Below the pieces are notes generated by a model. It was not told the origin of the DNA, made no database searches, and saw only the letters and a program-made list of their open reading frames with translations. From a bacterium (GTDB lineage: Bacteria > SM23-31), in NCBI GenBank assembly GCA_965249485.1, contig OZ252239.1:1856001-1920000 (forward strand): a stretch of 64,000 nucleotides of DNA, read 5' to 3'. A program made the position numbers and the translations under genes. Positions within the stretch are counted from its first letter, which is position 1, and every line of letters begins with the position of its first letter. Of the stretch, positions 30,930 to 42,106 are shown one piece after another.

Positions 30930-33693
30930 ATGAAGCGTATATTACGAGTCCTCAGAAGGAGTATTACAGCCAGTATCGTGATAATTCTTTTATTCATTTG
31001 GATTGCTCATTGCTTTATCAAATGGTCCTCAAAATGGAGTCACCGGGTCACCTGCCGATGGGGGACAAACATGCAATCATGGAGGTTGTCATACCGGTAA
31101 TTCTACCCAGACAAACAGCAGCAGTTTGTCTATATCTGGTATACCTTCGGAAGGCTACGTTCCCGGAACAACATACCCAATAACAGTTGCCTTTTCCGGG
31201 AGCGGATCGAAATGGGGATTTGAAGCGATGGTTACCGATGCAAACAACAATAGTACAGGAACTATTGTTATAACAAATACAACGGATACACAAAAAAGTA
31301 GTAATTATGTTAAACATAGATTTCAAGGAACTGATAGCAAGAGCTGGAGTTTTAACTGGGTCGCCCCCAGTACCGATGTCGGAACAATAACGATCTATGC
31401 GGCGGGGAACCAGGCAAATAATAACGGCTCAAATTCTGGAGATACTATTCACACAAAATCTTTAGCGCGGGTTGCCGCTCCGACAAATACTGATCCCGTG
31501 ATCAGTACCACATCCCCGCTTTCCAATGCGACGGAAGATATTGCTTATGCTGACACGGTCAGCGCTTCGGATGCGGATGGAGGCGATGTATTGTCCTACA
31601 GCATAACATCCGGCCCTTCATGGCTGTCAATCAATGCGTCGACCGGCGCTCTATCCGGCACGCCGGCTAATGATGATGTCGGCGAAGATGTTGCTGTTAC
31701 AATTGTCGTCACCGACGACGCGAGTCCGGCGGGTTCTGCTACATTGAACGCGACTATCACCGTCACCAACGTCAACGATCCCCCGGTCATAACAACTACA
31801 ACACTTGATTCCGCTGCGGAAAATACGGCATATTCGTTTACTATCGATGCGACCGACCCTGATGTTGGCGATGTATTGACCTATAATTTGACAGATGGTC
31901 CATCATGGTTGTTGGTCGATTCCCTGACTGGCGCTCTTTCCGGCACACCGGAAACCGCCGACATTGCTGAAAATACACCGGTAACGATTCTCATAACGGA
32001 CAACGGCAGTCCACAGGATTCGGTAACACTCAATACGGCAATCACCGTTTTAGACGTCAACGATCCCCCGGTTATCAGCACGACCTCCCTTGACAGTGCG
32101 ACACAGGACGTCGAGTATTCCTTTTCAGTAATTGCTGCTGATCAGGACAGCGGAGATGCCCAGATATTCAGTATAACGGACGGTCCCGCCTGGCTGTCGG
32201 TGGACTCTTTGTCCGGCGCTCTATCCGGTACACCGGCAAATGATGATGTCGGCGATAATGTTACGGTTACGATCATAGTAACCGACGACGGTACACCACA
32301 GGAATCCGATACGTTAAATACGGCCATAACTGTCATCAATGTCAACGATCTCCCGGTCATCACGACAGTATTGCTTCCCGATGCAACCGAAAGCGTGGTG
32401 TATGGCGACACAGTGAAAGCGAGCGACCCGGATGTTGGTGATGTATTGACCTTCACTATAACAGATGGTCCATCATGGTTGTCGGTTGACTCACTGACCG
32501 GCGCTTTTTCCGGCACTCCGGCAAATGAAGATGTCGGTGATAATGTTGCGGTTACGATTTTTGTTACCGATGACGGTACTCCGGAGAGATCCGACACGTT
32601 AAATACTACTATCACTGTCATAAACGTCAACGATCCCCCGGTCATCACAACAGTATCGCTTGCCAATGCAATCGAAAGCGTGGCGTATGACGACACAGTG
32701 AAAGCGACCGATCCGGACGCAGGTGATACTATTACTTTTGTAAAAATTTCAGGGCCGGACTGGATGACGGTCAGTGAGAACGGTGCTGTCGGAGGGACGC
32801 CCGATGTTTTCGATGTCGGTACCGAAATTGCGGTCTCGGTCAGTGTAGAGGATGTAGATGGAGCAGCTGATACACTCACAACTTCGATCGCAGTCATCGC
32901 AAAAGACGTGGTTGTTGTGGCTGATCCCGATATGAATACCGATATAGCGATACCGGCGGATGGATCGAGCGTATCGTTGGATTTTTCGAATAATTCTTCA
33001 CTGTCAATTGCCTTTACGAGCGGCGAAGTCGCAAATCAGATAATTTCGGTCAAACAGGTCTCGAGTGACAGTATTTCGACTGAATTCCCAACAGTGCCTG
33101 AATTCACAAATGCTATTAATTATATTGACATAAGCCTCGATGTCCAAAATATTGTAGCTGAATTAACGTTTGAATATGATGAGGGAACAGTGACAGGATT
33201 CGGCCTTAATGAAGACAGCCTTGTCGTAAGCGTATTCGATTCACTCGATTCGAGAGGTTTTATCTGGCATTTGCTTCCAAGCACCGTCGATACGGATAGT
33301 AACACAATAACGGTGACGACCGATCATTTTTCTCTTTGGGCAATTGCGAGTAATACTGAAGAGTTGATTACCAGTGTTGATGATGGTATGGAAGATGAAA
33401 CGTTAACTATTCCAAATCAATTCATATTGGAACAGAACTATCCTAATCCGTTTAATCCGACTGCAACGATTCAATTCATTCTGCCACGTTCTGTACAAGT
33501 TTCTTTGAAGATCTATAATTCTCTCGGCCAGGAAGTAAGAAATCTCATTGATACTACCATTCCCGCTGGTGAGAATTCAATCATTTGGGATGGGAGGAAC
33601 AGTACCGGGCAATTAGTGTCTTCAGGTCTTTACTTTATGAGGCTTCAAGCTGGAGAATTTACAGATATAAAACGGATGACGTTTATTAAATAA
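30930..33693 (+). CDS. Secreted Reeler/choice-of-anchor-V-like protein with five cadherin-like repeats and Por/FlgD-type C-terminal tail; frameshift in the signal peptide
   Basis: ATG 30930 (MKRILRVLRR..) is out of frame by 1 with ORF 31003; TCNHGGCH; repeats with 285-bp period (GTCAACGATC at 31771, 32056, 32341, 32626); LEQNYPNPFNP. Confidence 0.8.
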
Positions 33694-33922
33694 TTAATTT
33701 TAGTTGCAACACACGATTAAAAGGCTGAATTGTATGAGTCAACTTTTTAATTTGAATTCACAACAATTAGCTGTCTACTGTTTTCAAACATAAGTTCTTT
33801 GTTATGTGAAGATTTAAAACCGAACGTATCAATCTCCTTGCTGAAATGGTGCAATATATGTATCTTGCTCACCACCGGGATATAATTAATTTGAACAGGA
33901 AAATTGAACGCTCACCTTTCTT

Positions 33923-34642
33923 ATGCTTGTCACCATCCGCATACCTGAGTTTTTGCCTGACCTGGCATATTTTGACAGCCTTCACAAAGCTGATATCTGC
34001 ATTATGCTCGATACTCTGCCGGACAAGAAGATTAGTAACATTAACGGAACGCATATTATTCGTCAAAACCGTAAAGAATATATAGAAGTTCCGATCAGCA
34101 GAAGCGGGAAGAAGGCGAGGGTTTTCAAAGATATTGAACCGATCGATACAATATTCTGGCAGAAAAAATTCCTCAAACAGATACATCATTCCTATAAGAG
34201 TGCTCCCTATTTTGAAGAGAGTTTTTTCGAAATTAAAGATTGTGTAGAAGAGTCATGGAAATCCGTAGCTGATCTGAATTGTGCATTAATTGTTCTTATG
34301 TTGTCGCTGCTGCAGATTACCTGCCGGTTTCAACGAACTTCAGAATTGTACAGTTCAGTTTGTGACGAGACGCAGGTAGATGAGATGATTCAGGAAGCGG
34401 GAGGTACATCGTTAGTGTTAGAAGAGCATGACACAATGCCATTCAGCGAATATTTAAGAGCACATAAAATCCTGCCCATTGTATCATATCGATACAATTC
34501 GCCATCAGGAAGAGAGCATATCTATCCATTCATTCCCGGAATTTCAATACTCGATCCGCTTTTCAACATTGGAAGGTTCGGTACTTTTCTCCAGCTCGAA
34601 TCTGCGGCGGAATGTGCCTTGATGGAACAAATCGTTAAATAA
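33923..34642 (+). CDS. WbqC-like family protein
   Basis: PEFLP..YFD..KADICIMLD, YKSAPYF, ISILDPLFN. Confidence 0.8.
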   Translation: MLVTIRIPEFLPDLAYFDSLHKADICIMLDTLPDKKISNINGTHIIRQNRKEYIEVPISRSGKKARVFKDIEPIDTIFWQKKFLKQIHHSYKSAPYFEESFFEIKDCVEESWKSVADLNCALIVLMLSLLQITCRFQRTSELYSSVCDETQVDEMIQEAGGTSLVLEEHDTMPFSEYLRAHKILPIVSYRYNSPSGREHIYPFIPGISILDPLFNIGRFGTFLQLESAAECALMEQIVK

Positions 34643-35471
34643 TTCCCCACGACATTCCGGGATATAAGCGTGTCAGTATTATGCGAGCTGCAAAGATGTA
34701 GTTTTGGCGTTTTCGTGCACCGGTCAGGAGAACGGCACACTTATTTTGCAGCTCCTGTCGTGTTTTCTGTCGTTGAGATGATGTGAGTGGTTCCTTGAAA
34801 AGTTTTTGAAGTGCATAAACTCTGAATCTATCAAGTCCCCAGATCTGCCTGGAAAGCTGATCGTCATGTCCGCCTCGCTTTACGGTAAGCTCTTCAGAGA
34901 TAAGGGGAACGTCAAACCGGTATGCTGTGCGCAGCCACAAGTCATAATCTTCGCAGGCGGGCATCTGTTCATCAAACAGACCGACAGTGTCAAAAAATTC
35001 CCTTCTCATCATCACTGAAGATGGACTTACGACACAAAGCTCCAGAGACCTGTCGAAAATATCACCGGACGGTTTTTTGTGTTTTGTCTTCGGATTTACG
35101 TGTTTGTTAAATCTGATCCATTTCTCTTCGGTTTGGCTCATTAAAATTTTGGAATTTGACTGCATGAAGTCAACATGTTTGGCAAGTTTATCCGGTGTCC
35201 AATAATCGTCAGAGTCGAGAAATGCAATAAAATCACCCTGTGCTTCGGCAATTCCTCTGTTACGGGCAGCACTCACACCTGAGTGTTCCTGATAGATGTA
35301 GTGTATCGTGGAATGGGGTTTATCGAGATGGTTACGAGTTCCGTCGGTTGAACCGTCATCGATAATCAGCAGTTCAAAGTCCGAATATGTTTGATTGAGT
35401 ACGGATTCAACCGCTTCTTGTAACAATGCTAACCGGTTGAATGTTGGAATTATAACACTGACTATGGGCAT
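34635..35471 (-). CDS. Glycosyltransferase family 2
   Basis: VSVIIPTFNR, DDGSTD, FLDSDD, EDYDLWLR. Confidence 0.92.
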   Translation of the reverse strand: MPIVSVIIPTFNRLALLQEAVESVLNQTYSDFELLIIDDGSTDGTRNHLDKPHSTIHYIYQEHSGVSAARNRGIAEAQGDFIAFLDSDDYWTPDKLAKHVDFMQSNSKILMSQTEEKWIRFNKHVNPKTKHKKPSGDIFDRSLELCVVSPSSVMMRREFFDTVGLFDEQMPACEDYDLWLRTAYRFDVPLISEELTVKRGGHDDQLSRQIWGLDRFRVYALQKLFKEPLTSSQRQKTRQELQNKCAVLLTGARKRQNYIFAARIILTRLYPGMSWGII

Positions 35472-35492
35472 GGCAACACAAGAAGCAGTTTA

Positions 35493-35930
35493 TTAACCGG
35501 TTGGCTGATACCATTCTTTATCTTTCAGAAATTCGATGACATATTCTTCAATCTGATCCCGGACTGATCTGAATCCGTCATAGAGCGAGTCTTCATCATC
35601 CGCACCTGAACTCGGATCCGCAAAACCTTTGTGAATTTGATACGCGGCATTAGGAAACACCGGACATCTCTCCTGAGCAGAGTCACACACCGTGATTACA
35701 TAATCAAATGATTCATCGTAATATTTATTGATGCTGTCCGATGTATGATCTTTAATATTAATTCCTTTTTCCTGCATCACATCGATCGCTACTGGATGGA
35801 CATATGACTCATGAATGCCGGCACTAAAAATCTCAAGAAAATTTCCACCATAGTGTCTGAAAAATCCTTCTGACATCTGACTTCTCGCAGAATTTGCTGT
35901 GCAAATTACAATAATACGTTTTTTAGTCAT
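35493..35930 (-). CDS. arsC: Arsenate reductase, LMW-PTP type
   Basis: CTANSARSQM, VITVCD..ERCP, DP. Confidence 0.85.
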   Translation of the reverse strand: MTKKRIIVICTANSARSQMSEGFFRHYGGNFLEIFSAGIHESYVHPVAIDVMQEKGINIKDHTSDSINKYYDESFDYVITVCDSAQERCPVFPNAAYQIHKGFADPSSGADDEDSLYDGFRSVRDQIEEYVIEFLKDKEWYQPTG

Positions 35931-36268
35931 ATCTCTTATTTGTTAAACGGTGAGATGTGCAAAAGTACACACAATGGTGTTTCAAATTGAACAATAGTAG
36001 TAATGTTTTGAAACATAATATGGAAAATAATGAATTATTATTCAAGTAAAAACAGTTCGTTCATGATTTTAAATACTCATCATAGGGTGCCGTAAATGTT
36101 TTAATTTCAAATACTAAGGTAATATACTATCATATTTTATGTTCAGATTATCATGAATTGATGCAGTTTCATTTCATTTTGGCATAGGGATTGCTTATTG
36201 ATTAGTGTTAGTGGTTGTCTAAAATTGATAAAAGTTTACTTCATATATAGGTAAGGTTGAAACGGAAT

Positions 36269-37396
36269 ATGGCTGAATCTGTGCTTATTGTTGATAATGA
36301 TCTGCAAATGCTCGACCAATATGGAAGCGGTCTTGTATCCGGTGGCTATAAAGTCGAAATTGCATACGAAGTAAAACTTGCTGTCGATTTGTTGATGAAG
36401 CAAAAGATTGACGCAATGGTGATCAACCTTGATATGCAAGATGATGACGGGTATGCTTTGATCAAACAAACAAGAAAGATTCTTAAATACCGAAAATTGC
36501 CCCTTATTCTCCTCACGGATAAAATAACCCGCGAAGTCAAAGAAAAGATCGAAAAAATTGAATTGACTGAGCTGCTCGTCAAACCGCTGAGCGTACCAGA
36601 ATTACAGAGCACTGTTGAGCGGTTTTTATCAAATAACAATGGGAAAAGCCTCGACAGAGGGAAAATCAGTGAACGGGAAGTACTTAAAAATCTGTCGTTA
36701 ATTGTTGTGGATGATGAAGAAACGATTCGGATTCTGCTGCAGGAATTTCTCGAAATGCATGTTAAATATGTTGGTGTTGCTGAAAGTGTTGATGAAGCAA
36801 AAAAGCTTTGTGAGGATCACGATTTTGATATTGTACTTTCCGATATTCAAATGCCGGAGAAATCAGGTTTCGAATTTATTGAATGGATCAATGAATTTCC
36901 CAAAATGGCAGGTCTGCCAGTTGTTATGATGACGGGAGTAAAGCTTGATCTTTCCTCGGTAAAGCGCGCAAAACAGCTTCAAATAGATAAATATCTTGCT
37001 AAACCTTTTGATCTTGAGCAACTGCGTTCAATATTGTATAAGATGGGAATGGCTAAATACCGTTTCAACAAGCTTAAAAACTTTAAAGATTATATTGCCG
37101 AGATGGAGACAAGCGACGCAAAAGAAGAGCAGTTTTTAATGTCGAGTAGTTTAAAACAAATTCTCGAGCAGAAAAAAATACTCAACATACTGGTGCGTAA
37201 AATTCAACGTTTTGCACAGGATGATTACTCAATTGAGTTATCGGAATTGAATGTAGAAAAATCCCGAATGGAAATAAAAGTAAATCAAATGCAGGATGAA
37301 CTTGCAGAAACAAAGAAGATGTTTTTTGAACGCCGCAAGTTATTTGCAACTATAAAACGGTTTAACGTTCAAAGAAGAGAAAAAATGAAAAACTGA
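36269..37396 (+). CDS. Double receiver-domain protein with C-terminal coiled coil
   Basis: REC1 lacks the phospho-Asp (MVINLDM); REC2 canonical (VVDDE, SDIQMP, KPF). Confidence 0.8.
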   Translation: MAESVLIVDNDLQMLDQYGSGLVSGGYKVEIAYEVKLAVDLLMKQKIDAMVINLDMQDDDGYALIKQTRKILKYRKLPLILLTDKITREVKEKIEKIELTELLVKPLSVPELQSTVERFLSNNNGKSLDRGKISEREVLKNLSLIVVDDEETIRILLQEFLEMHVKYVGVAESVDEAKKLCEDHDFDIVLSDIQMPEKSGFEFIEWINEFPKMAGLPVVMMTGVKLDLSSVKRAKQLQIDKYLAKPFDLEQLRSILYKMGMAKYRFNKLKNFKDYIAEMETSDAKEEQFLMSSSLKQILEQKKILNILVRKIQRFAQDDYSIELSELNVEKSRMEIKVNQMQDELAETKKMFFERRKLFATIKRFNVQRREKMKN

Positions 37397-37596
37397 GAAC
37401 TCCAATCCTTAAGAATTCTATCTCTCGTCAGTTCTTCAGGTGGTGTCCACCGCTCATCATGCGGAAAAAAATTAAGAGAATCGAGAGGAGATGTCTTTTC
37501 CTGATTTAGGCAATGAGCGTATTAACTCTTTTTTGGAGGGTAAAAAATTTGTAGTTATCGTCATTGAGTGATTAGGTGGCCCCATACCATGAGTCA

Positions 37597-38253
37597 TTAA
37601 TCATCTGTGTTTTCTCGCGAAGGGCACAACTCATTTATAGTACACTGAGCACAGAGCGGTTTTCTGGCCTGACATGTCTTTCTCCCATGATCGATCAGCA
37701 AATGTGAAAAATGAGTCCATTCTGGCTGAGGTACGATTTCATTGAGGTCCAGTTCAATTTTATCAGGATTACTCTTGTCGGAAAAGCCGAGTCGGGATGA
37801 AAGCCGTTTTACATGAGTATCGACTGTGATTCCCGGAATTCCAAAAGCATTTCCAAGAAGAACGTTCGCAGTTTTTCTTCCTATCCCCGGCAGTTTTATC
37901 AGCTCTTCCATCGTTTTAGGGACTGCTCCTTTATGTTTTTCAATGAGAGTAGCACAGCACTTTTGAATACTCTTTGCTTTGTTATTGAAAGACCCCGTTG
38001 AACGGATATCTTCACCGAATTCCTCATGAGCAACCGCGACGAAGTCCTGCAGTGTTCTGTATTTTTTAAACAATGCCGGTGTTACCTTATTCACGCGGGC
38101 ATCTGTACATTGAGCCGAAAGAATGGTAGCAATTAAGAGTTCAAGCGGATTTGAAAAATTGAGAGAACATATCGCATCGGGAAAGTCGTGTGTCAGTTGT
38201 TCAATAACTTCTTTGCATCTGTTTTTTGTATCTTCCTGATTCTTATCCAGCAT
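37597..38253 (-). CDS. nth: Endonuclease III
   Basis: LSAQCTD, HhH LPGIGRKTANV, Fe-S motif C-x6-C-x2-C-x5-C. Confidence 0.95.
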   Translation of the reverse strand: MLDKNQEDTKNRCKEVIEQLTHDFPDAICSLNFSNPLELLIATILSAQCTDARVNKVTPALFKKYRTLQDFVAVAHEEFGEDIRSTGSFNNKAKSIQKCCATLIEKHKGAVPKTMEELIKLPGIGRKTANVLLGNAFGIPGITVDTHVKRLSSRLGFSDKSNPDKIELDLNEIVPQPEWTHFSHLLIDHGRKTCQARKPLCAQCTINELCPSRENTDD

Positions 38254-38316
38254 CGTATTCCTCCATTGACAAATTGGAAGAAGTTCTCACGCGAGCATTG
38301 TTCAAAAAATATCGAA

Positions 38317-40044
38317 TTATTGTTCTTTTAAAGTTTTGAGGTAGCGTGAAATATCTTCGGCGGTCATTGTATTGACGATATCGTCAGCCTCTAACCACCC
38401 TTTCCGGGCAATACCGATACCATACACAACGTCATCAAGACCCTGGGTAGAGTGAGCATCCGGATTAACTGCAATTTTTACTATTTTTTCTTTGGCGTAT
38501 TTACCGTACCGCCAGTCAAGATCTAATCTGTGAGGACTTGCATTGATTTCAATAATAGTATTGTATTTCTGTGCTGTTTCAATTATTGCATGCAGAGAGA
38601 GTGGATAACCTTCACGGGATAGCAGCAGCCTTCCTGTCGGATGGCCTAAAATAGTTGTAAACGAATTTTTAACCGCATTTTCAAGGCGTTGTGCCGCCTC
38701 GTCTTCGGTCATTTTGAGTTTTGAATGGACAGATGCAACAACGAAATCGAACGTCTCAAGTACTGAATCAGAATAATCGAGGGAACTATCGATGAGAATA
38801 TCAGATTCTATTCCCTTCAATATAACAAAATCATTGTATGTCTCGTTAAGTCTGTCAATCTCATCATGCTGTTTTTTGACCCGCTCTTCAGAAAGCCCAT
38901 TCGCGTAAAATGCAGAGACACTATGGTCACAAATTCCGAGATAACCGTATCCTCGTTCCATACATGCAATAACCATTTCTTCAATGGAATTCACACCGTC
39001 ACTGTAAGTGGTATGAACATGGAGAATCCCCTTAATATCCTGTGGTGTAACAAGATCGGGTAGTTTGTTCTCTGCTGCTGCATCGATCTCGCCAAGATTC
39101 TCCCGCATTTCCGGTTCAATATATGAAAGCTCAAGTGCCGAAAAGATATCTTCTTCACCGCTGCATTCGAGTGATGTATCATTTTTGAACAGGCCGTATT
39201 CGTTCATTTTCAGGCCATATGTTTTTGCTCGGGCGCGCATTGTGGTATTATGTTCCTTCGAACCGGTAAAATGGTGCAGTGCAAAGGGATATTCAATATC
39301 CGTAACAAGCCGGAGATCTGCACTGATTCCCGATTCCAGCCGGACGGATGATTTTGTCTGACCTTTTCCGATTATCTCGGAAACATTTGGCAGCTGGGTA
39401 AAATGCTCCATTACAGCATCACGGCCTTCATCACGTGTACTTGCGATGATATCAATATCTTTTATTGTCTCTTTATGACGTCTCAGGCTTCCGGCAATTT
39501 CAATCCTAATAATAGCTGGAAGTTTCTTGAGTTCAGTAATTAATTGGTCTGCAAGTGTTTGAGCATGATGATACAAGTGTTGCTCCTGAGCGATTCGCAA
39601 AAATCCTATCCCTGAAATTATATTTTCCTGCGTTTTTTTTCCGAAACCTTCCAGAGTTGCTATACGGTTTTCAGTGCAAGCATGTTCAAGCTCACCGAGA
39701 CCTGTTATGCCAAGTGTTTTATACAAAACACGGACTTTTTTGGGGCCTAGACCGGGAATCCGGAGAATATCAAAAAGCCCATCGGGAAGATCGGATTTAA
39801 GTTGCTCATAATCCTCGATGTGCCCGGTGGTCACCAATTCCTCAATTTTATCGGAGATGCCTTTACCGATCCCCTTTATTTCGATAATCTCATTGGAGTT
39901 TACGAGAGATTCAATTGGTTTGGGTAACGACTCAATAATTCTTGCGCTATTATAATGTGCACGAGCACTAAATGGATTCCCACCAATTAGTTCAATCATT
40001 ATGCCTAATTCTTCAAGAATTCTTGCTACAGTCTTATTGTTCAC
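38317..40044 (-). CDS. polX: DNA polymerase X with PHP domain
   Basis: AGSLRR..IKDID, FTGSKEHN, HVHTTYSDG, NPDAH. Confidence 0.95.
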   Translation of the reverse strand: MNNKTVARILEELGIMIELIGGNPFSARAHYNSARIIESLPKPIESLVNSNEIIEIKGIGKGISDKIEELVTTGHIEDYEQLKSDLPDGLFDILRIPGLGPKKVRVLYKTLGITGLGELEHACTENRIATLEGFGKKTQENIISGIGFLRIAQEQHLYHHAQTLADQLITELKKLPAIIRIEIAGSLRRHKETIKDIDIIASTRDEGRDAVMEHFTQLPNVSEIIGKGQTKSSVRLESGISADLRLVTDIEYPFALHHFTGSKEHNTTMRARAKTYGLKMNEYGLFKNDTSLECSGEEDIFSALELSYIEPEMRENLGEIDAAAENKLPDLVTPQDIKGILHVHTTYSDGVNSIEEMVIACMERGYGYLGICDHSVSAFYANGLSEERVKKQHDEIDRLNETYNDFVILKGIESDILIDSSLDYSDSVLETFDFVVASVHSKLKMTEDEAAQRLENAVKNSFTTILGHPTGRLLLSREGYPLSLHAIIETAQKYNTIIEINASPHRLDLDWRYGKYAKEKIVKIAVNPDAHSTQGLDDVVYGIGIARKGWLEADDIVNTMTAEDISRYLKTLKEQ

Positions 40045-40172
40045 AATTTTGAAATATAATAATTGATGGGATATGGAGTGCTTGATTAATTGCCTTTATT
40101 GGTACACTTTTTAGAGAAAAAAAGCAAGGCAATTTTCTGATGATAAAAGTGGAGAATTTATGAAAGACCGAT

Positions 40173-40550
40173 TCAGCTCTGTGGTTCTTGTTTGCCAATT
40201 CGTGAAATTATATTGTAGATTTCCTGAGCGTCAAACGGCTTAAACACACTTGCATCGGCGTATTGCTGATAGGTTGCGTGGTCGGGGTATTTTTTAGATG
40301 AAGCCCTATACATCAGGACAATAGTACAGTCGGGAATCGATGATTTAATTGATTTCAGAACTTCATATCCCCCTTCATGGACATAATTAGCATCGATAAG
40401 GAGGATGCAGGATGATTCAATATGATTGTTGAGTGCTGCGAGGTCTGTCAACACCTTTACTGTGAATTTATCCGAAAAGAATAGAGCAAGGCTGTTCGAA
40501 AGGTCACGATCTTCTTCAACGATCAGGATTTTTTTGTTATTATGAACCAC
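40173..40550 (-). CDS. Single-domain response regulator (atypical)
   Basis: KILIVEED, LLID, KPFD; start codon uncertain. Confidence 0.7.
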   Translation of the reverse strand: MVHNNKKILIVEEDRDLSNSLALFFSDKFTVKVLTDLAALNNHIESSCILLIDANYVHEGGYEVLKSIKSSIPDCTIVLMYRASSKKYPDHATYQQYADASVFKPFDAQEIYNIISRIGKQEPQS

Positions 40551-40741
40551 TTTTTTAATTTTATAATTGACAGGAGTTTGTACAACGTATAGTATTAATG
40601 CAAACAACAATTTCCGTGCCAATTCTCAATACTGCGGTTACCCGTAGAAAGAGCTCTTAAAATCAGTACTTGATACCCAAATATTGTAAAAATCATGTAC
40701 CGAGTTCTTAGAAATGGGAATTAAAAACAGACAAGTGACTT

Positions 40742-42100
40742 TTATTTTAACGAGAGAGATAACTCTTCAATTTTTCTATAAAGCGAAGAAACACTAATGC
40801 CGAGTGCTTTTGCTGTCAACTCTTTATTAAATTCATTTTTTGCCAATTCATCATTAATATGTTTCCACTCATAAATACTCATAGCATCTTTGAGGTTTTC
40901 AGGCAGTTCCTGATCATCCAGAGGAAATTCTGAATACATATTTTGGGGGAGGTCTTTCGGTGTTATGATTTCGGACTCACAAAAAATAATCGCCCGCTCG
41001 ATAGCATTTTCAAGTTCTCTAATCTCACCTTTCCAATCATGATTTATTAATATTCTCATAGTTTCGTTATCAACATTCTGAATGGGTTTACTCATTGCAG
41101 TACTGTATTTGTGTACAAAATGTTTAACCAACAGAGGAATATCATCCTTGCGGTCTTCGAGAGAGGGGAGGCGGATTTCTATAACATTAAGCCTATAATA
41201 TAGATCATGACGGAATGTATCTTCCTTAATTGAATCCAAAAGATCAAGATTAGTTGCCGAAATGATCCGCGTATCGACAGTAACCGGAGTTGTGTCACCA
41301 ACTGGAATAAATTCTTTTTGCTCTATGACACGCAGTAATTTTGCTTGAGTGGTGAGAGGAATAATACCGATTTCATCCAGGAACAATGTTCCTTTGTCTG
41401 CAACTGAAAAAAATCCATCTTTGTCTTTGAGCGCACCGGTAAATGCCCCTTTTTTGTAACCAAATAATTCACTTTCAATGAGATTCTCGGATATAGCCCC
41501 ACAATTGATTGCAACAAATCGCTCGTTTTTCCGATTGCTGTTGAAATGGATAGACCGCGCAATCAATTCCTTACCTGTACCGCTTTTCCCGGTTATTAAT
41601 ATATTTCCGGTGGTATTAGCGACTTTTTTGACACTCTCAAATACGTTCTGCATTTTCTGATTCTGCCCGATTAGGTTCCCAAAATCGTATTTTTCATGCA
41701 GAAGTTGTCGTAAATTTTTATTCTCATGTCGCAGGTTGGAATGTTCAAATAAATTTTTAATTTTGTGGAGAACATCATCGAACTCCAACGGTTTGATGAT
41801 ATAATCATATGCTCCGTAACGGAGGGCATTAATGGCAGATTCAAGGGCACCATACGCTGTAATAATGATAAAAAATGTTTCAGGTTGAAAATCGGATACC
41901 TTTTTTAAAAGCGTAATGCCGTCCATACGCGGCATTTTAATATCGGAAATGACAAGATCAAATGGCGCGGCGGTTATCTTCTCCAATGCTGTATCACCGT
42001 CATCGGCCTCTTCAACATCGTACCCTTCGCTTTTTAATATATACGACAAAGAATTTCGAATGATTTCTTCATCATCAACGATCAGAATTTTCTTGCTCAT
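40742..42100 (-). CDS. Sigma54-dependent NtrC-family response regulator
   Basis: REC domain, GKSGTGKE, GAFTGA, LFLDE, Fis-type HTH. Confidence 0.95.
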   Translation of the reverse strand: MSKKILIVDDEEIIRNSLSYILKSEGYDVEEADDGDTALEKITAAPFDLVISDIKMPRMDGITLLKKVSDFQPETFFIIITAYGALESAINALRYGAYDYIIKPLEFDDVLHKIKNLFEHSNLRHENKNLRQLLHEKYDFGNLIGQNQKMQNVFESVKKVANTTGNILITGKSGTGKELIARSIHFNSNRKNERFVAINCGAISENLIESELFGYKKGAFTGALKDKDGFFSVADKGTLFLDEIGIIPLTTQAKLLRVIEQKEFIPVGDTTPVTVDTRIISATNLDLLDSIKEDTFRHDLYYRLNVIEIRLPSLEDRKDDIPLLVKHFVHKYSTAMSKPIQNVDNETMRILINHDWKGEIRELENAIERAIIFCESEIITPKDLPQNMYSEFPLDDQELPENLKDAMSIYEWKHINDELAKNEFNKELTAKALGISVSSLYRKIEELSLSLK

Positions 42101-42106
42101 TTACCT

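Noticed and set aside
32142..32897. Long antisense ORFs (here and at 519-1112, 3785-4510, 14152-14946)
   Set aside because: Shadows of well-supported genes on the opposite strand, with no recognisable motifs.
37380..37596. Possible gene remnant downstream of nth
   Set aside because: Short open stretch with no recognisable family.
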